Of a stretch of 64,000 nt of DNA, positions 57,401 through 63,400 are shown piece by piece. The stretch covers positions 620,001 through 684,000 of the forward strand of contig JAKMXF010000110.1 in the NCBI GenBank assembly GCA_024704765.1. Direction: 5' to 3'. This stretch comes from Oopsacas minuta. Its lineage: Eukaryota > Animalia > Porifera. Every line of letters starts with the position of its first letter. Position 1 is the first letter of the stretch. The notes beneath the pieces were generated by a model. The model had not been told where the DNA came from, ran no database searches, and was given only the letters and a program-made list of their open reading frames with translations. Position numbers and translations under genes: made by a program.

Positions 57401-60400
57401 CTACAGTTGGTTTCAGTTTGAAAAGATGTAATGGAATTTATTTCAAATATCGAAATTTGAATTTTCAGTAATTCATGTACAGAGATGAAACCGGTCAGAT
57501 TTCCATTTTTCGACCGGTTCCATCTCTGATTCATTTGTGTACAATCTTCCTTAACTGTAAATAAATCATCCAAAACTGTTTACTATACAAGATAGCATAT
57601 ATTCTTCTTGTTTAGTAAACATATAAATAAACCTTACGTGTAACAACAAACACTCTAAATAAAGCAATAAGCAATATGCTATCTAACACCAATAATGGAC
57701 TATACAATCTCCGCTGTCGTTGCTGGAGTATGTATTTTTGTGACAGGGTTTTGTTGCATGAACTGTATTTTTGTGTGTGCAACACATTATTTGTGTAAAA
57801 AATGTCAAACAGGGAAGGAGAACAAGAGATTGAGGCAGGAAGCAGTAACAAGGGACAAAGAAAAGAGGAGAAGTAGGGTTATAGAGAATGAGAAGAGAAA
57901 CACAGAATACAATCGAGCTCTACAGAATCAGTTTTATACAAGAAATAATGAAGTTGGTAAGTTAAATAATAGAATTTGTCTGTAACTGAGACACAGGCGA
58001 CACAAACGGCCAGTCCTTGGCGTGGCTGTTTATCTTATCCAAGCGAAATAATATGATTATGTTTAATATTTTAGGATGGAGGAGAGATATATCAACGAAC
58101 TCTCAGCACTCTCAGATGGCGTTACCCCCCAGATATGAAGATGCATTACAGATTGATGATAGATTTGAAGAGACCATCTATTTGAAAGTGTAATCTCTGT
58201 TTAATAACTATTCAGATTAAATAAATATACCATTATTGGTAGTAACAGATCAGGGCTCTAGTGTTTATGAAGCAGATCTCTCTGGGTGCAACTAGAGATC
58301 CCAGAGCGAGGAGGCAAGGATGGATATTTGCCTCAATATAATGGTGATTACAATAGGAAGATGAGGCAACTGCATCTTCTGCCTCAATGCTAGTTACGCC
58401 CTAGAACCTGTACCGGTACTTTTTTGGAAATACACTACACAAATCTCCACAAAATTTCGACATTTTTAGATATTCCCAAAATTCCAAACTGTTCGTGTCC
58501 GTATTCGGATAATACGATGGCTTCTGTCGACACAAATAATAAGTGACAGAGGGTGTAGTTAAGTTCCATCACAGGCTATGGTTACATTTATACAGATAGA
58601 ACTCGAAAATGAGACCGGAGAGCCTTTGATAAAGCATTCAATAACTTTTGTAATAAACAGAAATGGAACTCCAACAAACCTTTCTATATGTTTGTTGTAG
58701 ATCAGAATATCTCATTAATGCATTAACTCTCCCAATATTCGGTCTGTACACCACGAAAGCTCCAGGATCAGTTGTAGACAACACAAGGAGACAGTAGAAC
58801 TTCCCCTTGACACCTTTTAAGCTGAGGTACAGTCCCTCGCTCTCTGATACAAGGGTGCTATCCTCCTGATGAGGGAGTCTAGTCAATACTTCCTCCCAGG
58901 ACAAGCCTCTCTGTACCCTGATTGTACTCAATCGTGTCGTGCCTGTCCCAAAAAGAGGGTCTCCTAAAATGTGAGATCATAAATTGGATATAAATGGCAA
59001 TAGCGTCACATTTCAACACCCCCCCCATGGCGTGTTAAGTGGCCAAATGGCTAAATTTCTCCCTCACGGAGGTGTGGACACAATTAAAAGGTGTCAAAAT
59101 ATATAAAGTGATAACTAATAAGAATGTTGTAATTGTCAGCTAAACAACAAAGCACAAAAATCACAAAATCGATTAGAGCTACATAGCTATGCCTCCATGG
59201 ATTCGTCAGGACGATCATGTGGATTAATAATACCCGGAACAGTCAGCTGTAAAGTTCTCTTCTCCTCTTGGGCCTTACGGATCTCCGTTTCCTTCTCTTC
59301 AGTGTAGAGTTGGGAGTCGTCTTCCCCAGAGAACTCTTTGATTTGTACAAGGAAGTCTCTGAGATGGTCTTTGAAGACAGAAACATTACGGTTAAAAGAG
59401 AATAGTCCTTCTATTGTTACTTGTATTTGAGTAGGTTGTAGATGCGAATAAGCTGTTTGGAAGAGATTAGCCAGACGTTCCTTAACAAATCGGACGTTGT
59501 CGATTGAAGGGTCTTGTGTATGCGTTACTGGTTCGTATAACGGGACACGAATAACTCCAGCCTCTACTATATGGAATAAATACGCCAGTATCGTGCATTG
59601 CATTGTTAGACCATGTGCGTGGGAGAGGTCTGTAGCCACAGAGAAGAGATGGTTAAGTAAATCCATATAGTATGTCTGATAGAACGCTTGGCTTGCTTCC
59701 AACGGCTCGACGTTCTTTAGAAGGTCAAATAGGATAGATAGACCTACTTCGGCAACATTACGCATAGTGTGTTTAAAGGCCCAGATAATTGAATCTAAAA
59801 ACAGCTTGAATTGTTGTGGTGGAATGTGTAGAAAAGCTTCAAAGCAATTTTTGTTTATTGAGAACAACATCTTGAAGAAGTTTATTCGATGTTCTGGATA
59901 CTGTTCTAGATCTTTGTTTATCATTTCAAGGGTACATTCAAAAAGGGAGTCAAGGATTTGAGGAATATCTTCCGTCACAGAGGTTTCTAGTTTATCTACA
60001 ATAGCTGTGACACAACTTAACACCTCTGGTTCACGCGCCTCTGCCACATTTTTGTTATAATCAAGAAGAATAGCACTCAAAAGTGGCGGTAGGAAGTTGG
60101 TCCGCACCAGCTGGGGGTCTTCAGCCCTAGACACCCAGGATGAAATCAGTTTAAGCGTTTCCTTCTTAACCGTACGGACGGATCGAATAATAGGATCTTT
60201 CATTATAGAAGGCCCGTTGGCATTAATTGCTAGTGAAATATTCTCACTTAACACCTTATAAATATTCAGCATGTCCATGTATATGCGAGCAAGCTGTGTT
60301 ATAAATGCGTGACCGATTGCAATACACGCTCGGACGTTTGTTTTGAGTATATGAGCGAGTTGTTTGATAATTTCTGCTTCATTCAGTGTCTCTATATCTC

Positions 60401-63400
60401 GGCTAGCCCTGTTGATTATCCCTTCCCATATTTGATTGGGGAGTGACATGTATTTCACGATGAGCTTTTCTTGCGAATCAGGGTCAGTTTGACTTGATAT
60501 CATATAGCCAACAGCTTCATAGAATGTGTGCACTTGCTGAGGTTCAAGATCACAAATGAGTCCAGATATATTATGTAGAATTTCCTCCACGTATGACTCA
60601 GCCTCCCCGCGTTGAACCATTATGAAATGTCTACGACACTTTTGTGCTATTTTTATAAATGTGTCGCATGCCATATCTTGGACACCCTCGTGTGTTTCGT
60701 GCATAAATTCAAACAGTTTGTTCACCACGGTCTTAAGGAACTTCCAATGTGCTTTCAAGAATCTCGGGTATTGACCTACAATGTACATAATGTTCGAGGC
60801 AATTATAGCTTTGTTGTCTTTCCCGCGTTTCATTTCACATAGTGACAACAATTCCTTGATAACTGTCACTAAAAATCTTTTCTCGTCCTCTTCATGCATG
60901 GACCCACTTATTGAACCGATTGCCCAGCATAAAGTATTGAGATTCTTCCAAGACCACTCTGAGCCATCGACCTGTCGTGCTAGTTTCTCAGTCATTATCT
61001 GTTCTGTGTTTATGAAATTAAGATGTGTTAGATACACTAACGTTTCTCGCATAGTTTTGTACATGTTGATAGCGTCAGTGTCCTTCATGAATTCACGTAC
61101 AACCTCACCCTGCTCGTTCTCAACTATCAATACTTCCTCGGGTTTACACATACGACTGATCATGACCTGTCGTATACGTGACAGAATGTCCTCATAGAGT
61201 GCTAGACCTGGGAGACTAGTTGCACTGCCTGTCTGTCCAGAGGCCTGTCCACTAATAGCCCCGAGAGAACGGAACCGGAGTTTGTAAAGATTCTGAGCGA
61301 GAATGCTCCAGTAATCGAGGCATATCTTGAAAATCTCTGTCTCATCAACTTCTGATATCAACACGAGGTAATGCAGAGCTTCTAAAAGAGTATTATGTAA
61401 CTCAGCTTTCAATTCCAATAGTTCACCATGTTCACGGAGGAACGAGCTAAAAAACAGAGCTAGGTTCTGGATAAAATGTTGTTCATCGTCTCTCCCCGAC
61501 TGGTAAGCTTCCCTTATGTTCGTAGACAGAGGCAGAAGTAATTTTAACTGACTCGTAACCAGTGTGAATAGCAGCAAGAATTGTTCATTATAAGTCTCAT
61601 TATTGATACTAGCTATCTCAGTCAAGCATTTCAATGTGACGTTTCGGAAGTGAGGGATTTGAAGGAACTTATATATTAGAGTAGTGAAGAGTTTTGTCTC
61701 AAAGATGTATCCCAATGGAATCCAATTAAGGAATTTTAGGAGTGTCTGGAGAGTGGCTTCAACTAAACCGAATGAAGATGAATTGTCCATTACATACACG
61801 CATAAATTGAAAATCTCAGAGAATTCAGAACACATGGACTCCTTAAGGTGACGCGATTTCGCCTGTGTCATCTGCCCGCTTGAAAAATCGAAAACTTCTT
61901 CAGAGAGTAGTTTCAGAATTATCATGTTATTCTGACAGAGAGACTCGTTAGTCCGCGACGCGCCGACTATGTCTGATATGAAAGTAGGCCAGTTCTTTGG
62001 CCATTCTTGCTTGACAATTTGAACTAGAATAACATTCAACTTGTTGAGATAGAATCTGTGTTTCTCCATTTCTGGTTGCTCACTTGATATTTTAATAATA
62101 AGAGCTACAATATACTTTTGAATACCATCACATTGCTCATGGGGTAATGCTTTCCATTTAGTTTTTATAACACCTTCAAGGATTTGGAGGGCAAAATATT
62201 TGGTCTGTTCGTTGCTGGAGTACTCAAGGATCGCGTCTACTCGTGTCCAAGCGTCTGGATGTTCTTTTAGCCGAGTTAGGAGTTGCTGTGCAAGGTGTTG
62301 ATGTTGTCCGCCACCTTGGAGCATACAAGATATAACTTGATCGAGTAGGTTTACGTCTAATCGTTCTTTGAATTCGAGAAGAGAAGTAGCGTGGTCAGGA
62401 AGATCGTATTGACTCGGTGCAATAGAAACCATATTAATCGTTTGAAATCTAATTTGTTAGTGTTTATTCATAAATTAGTTAAGGAGATCAGGTAGGGCTA
62501 TTGTCCCCTCTCAAAATCAGTGGGTCTCACATACAATTCTGTCCGAAATATGCTACCTACCGCCAAATTCCCCGTCTATGGAGGTTCATTGTATGTAACT
62601 ACTAGCATGAATTCGCTCAATATATTTTCACTCCGTTTCCGGAAGACCACTGTTCCCACAGGTCACGTTTGGTTGTGGAGATTACACAGTCGCGAACGAA
62701 ATTCGTGAATCCAATATTCGTGAAATATTATAGAATATGATAAAACTCTGAAGAAAGGGCATTATAAAGCAGAGAATGGAGAAGAATCCATAACTATTGT
62801 TGGAGAGGAAAATCTTGTAAGTCCAGTTACATTGAAACAATAGTAAAAATGTATCACAGAAAATTCATGAACTGGTAAAACCAGTTTTGCTCTTTCAATT
62901 AGATTTCTACTGCTTCGCTAATTCTAATGCAATTGTAGGAATAATAGGATTCAATATTATATTATTAAAGTGTATGACTATGCATTTGAATGCTAGGAAG
63001 TAGAGTAATATCTTCGAGGTGTGAAAGTGTGAAGTTGCATGTAATAATCGCATATTAACCATGGATAATAGGGTTTTAAGAAAAGTGGAGAGGAAATGGT
63101 GAAGTATGCTAGCCAACTCTGGATTATCCCCTGGGGTTATTGATTTCTTTGCGGGACATAGCGTATAGTATGTCTCGTAGCAAATGAGGACAGGTTTGGG
63201 CACGGTTAGGCGGGATATGATCTCAACAATTGACAGAAAAACAACAGCAAAACAACAACTAACCCAAGAATTCCTCCATCTTGATCCTTTCAACTTCCTC
63301 TCCAGCATTAGTGCCCATCTCTACTATACCATTATCCCAGTTACCTAACCGCTTAGCTTGCTTCACTAGGAAATCAAATGTATCAAGAAACCATTGGAAT

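Noticed and set aside
39134-58193. TRAF-binding motifs in the small membrane protein tails
   Set aside because: Only low-information partial matches (such as AGQE); no clear PxQxT or PxExx(aromatic/acidic) site
62907-63308. 133-aa minus-strand ORF, and a plus-strand [19 protein letters not shown] stretch faintly like a tyrosine recombinase C-terminus
   Set aside because: The ORF starts inside an SBNO exon in another frame and runs through the donor; the plus-strand stretch has stops and lacks the H-x-x-R motif, so evidence is too weak
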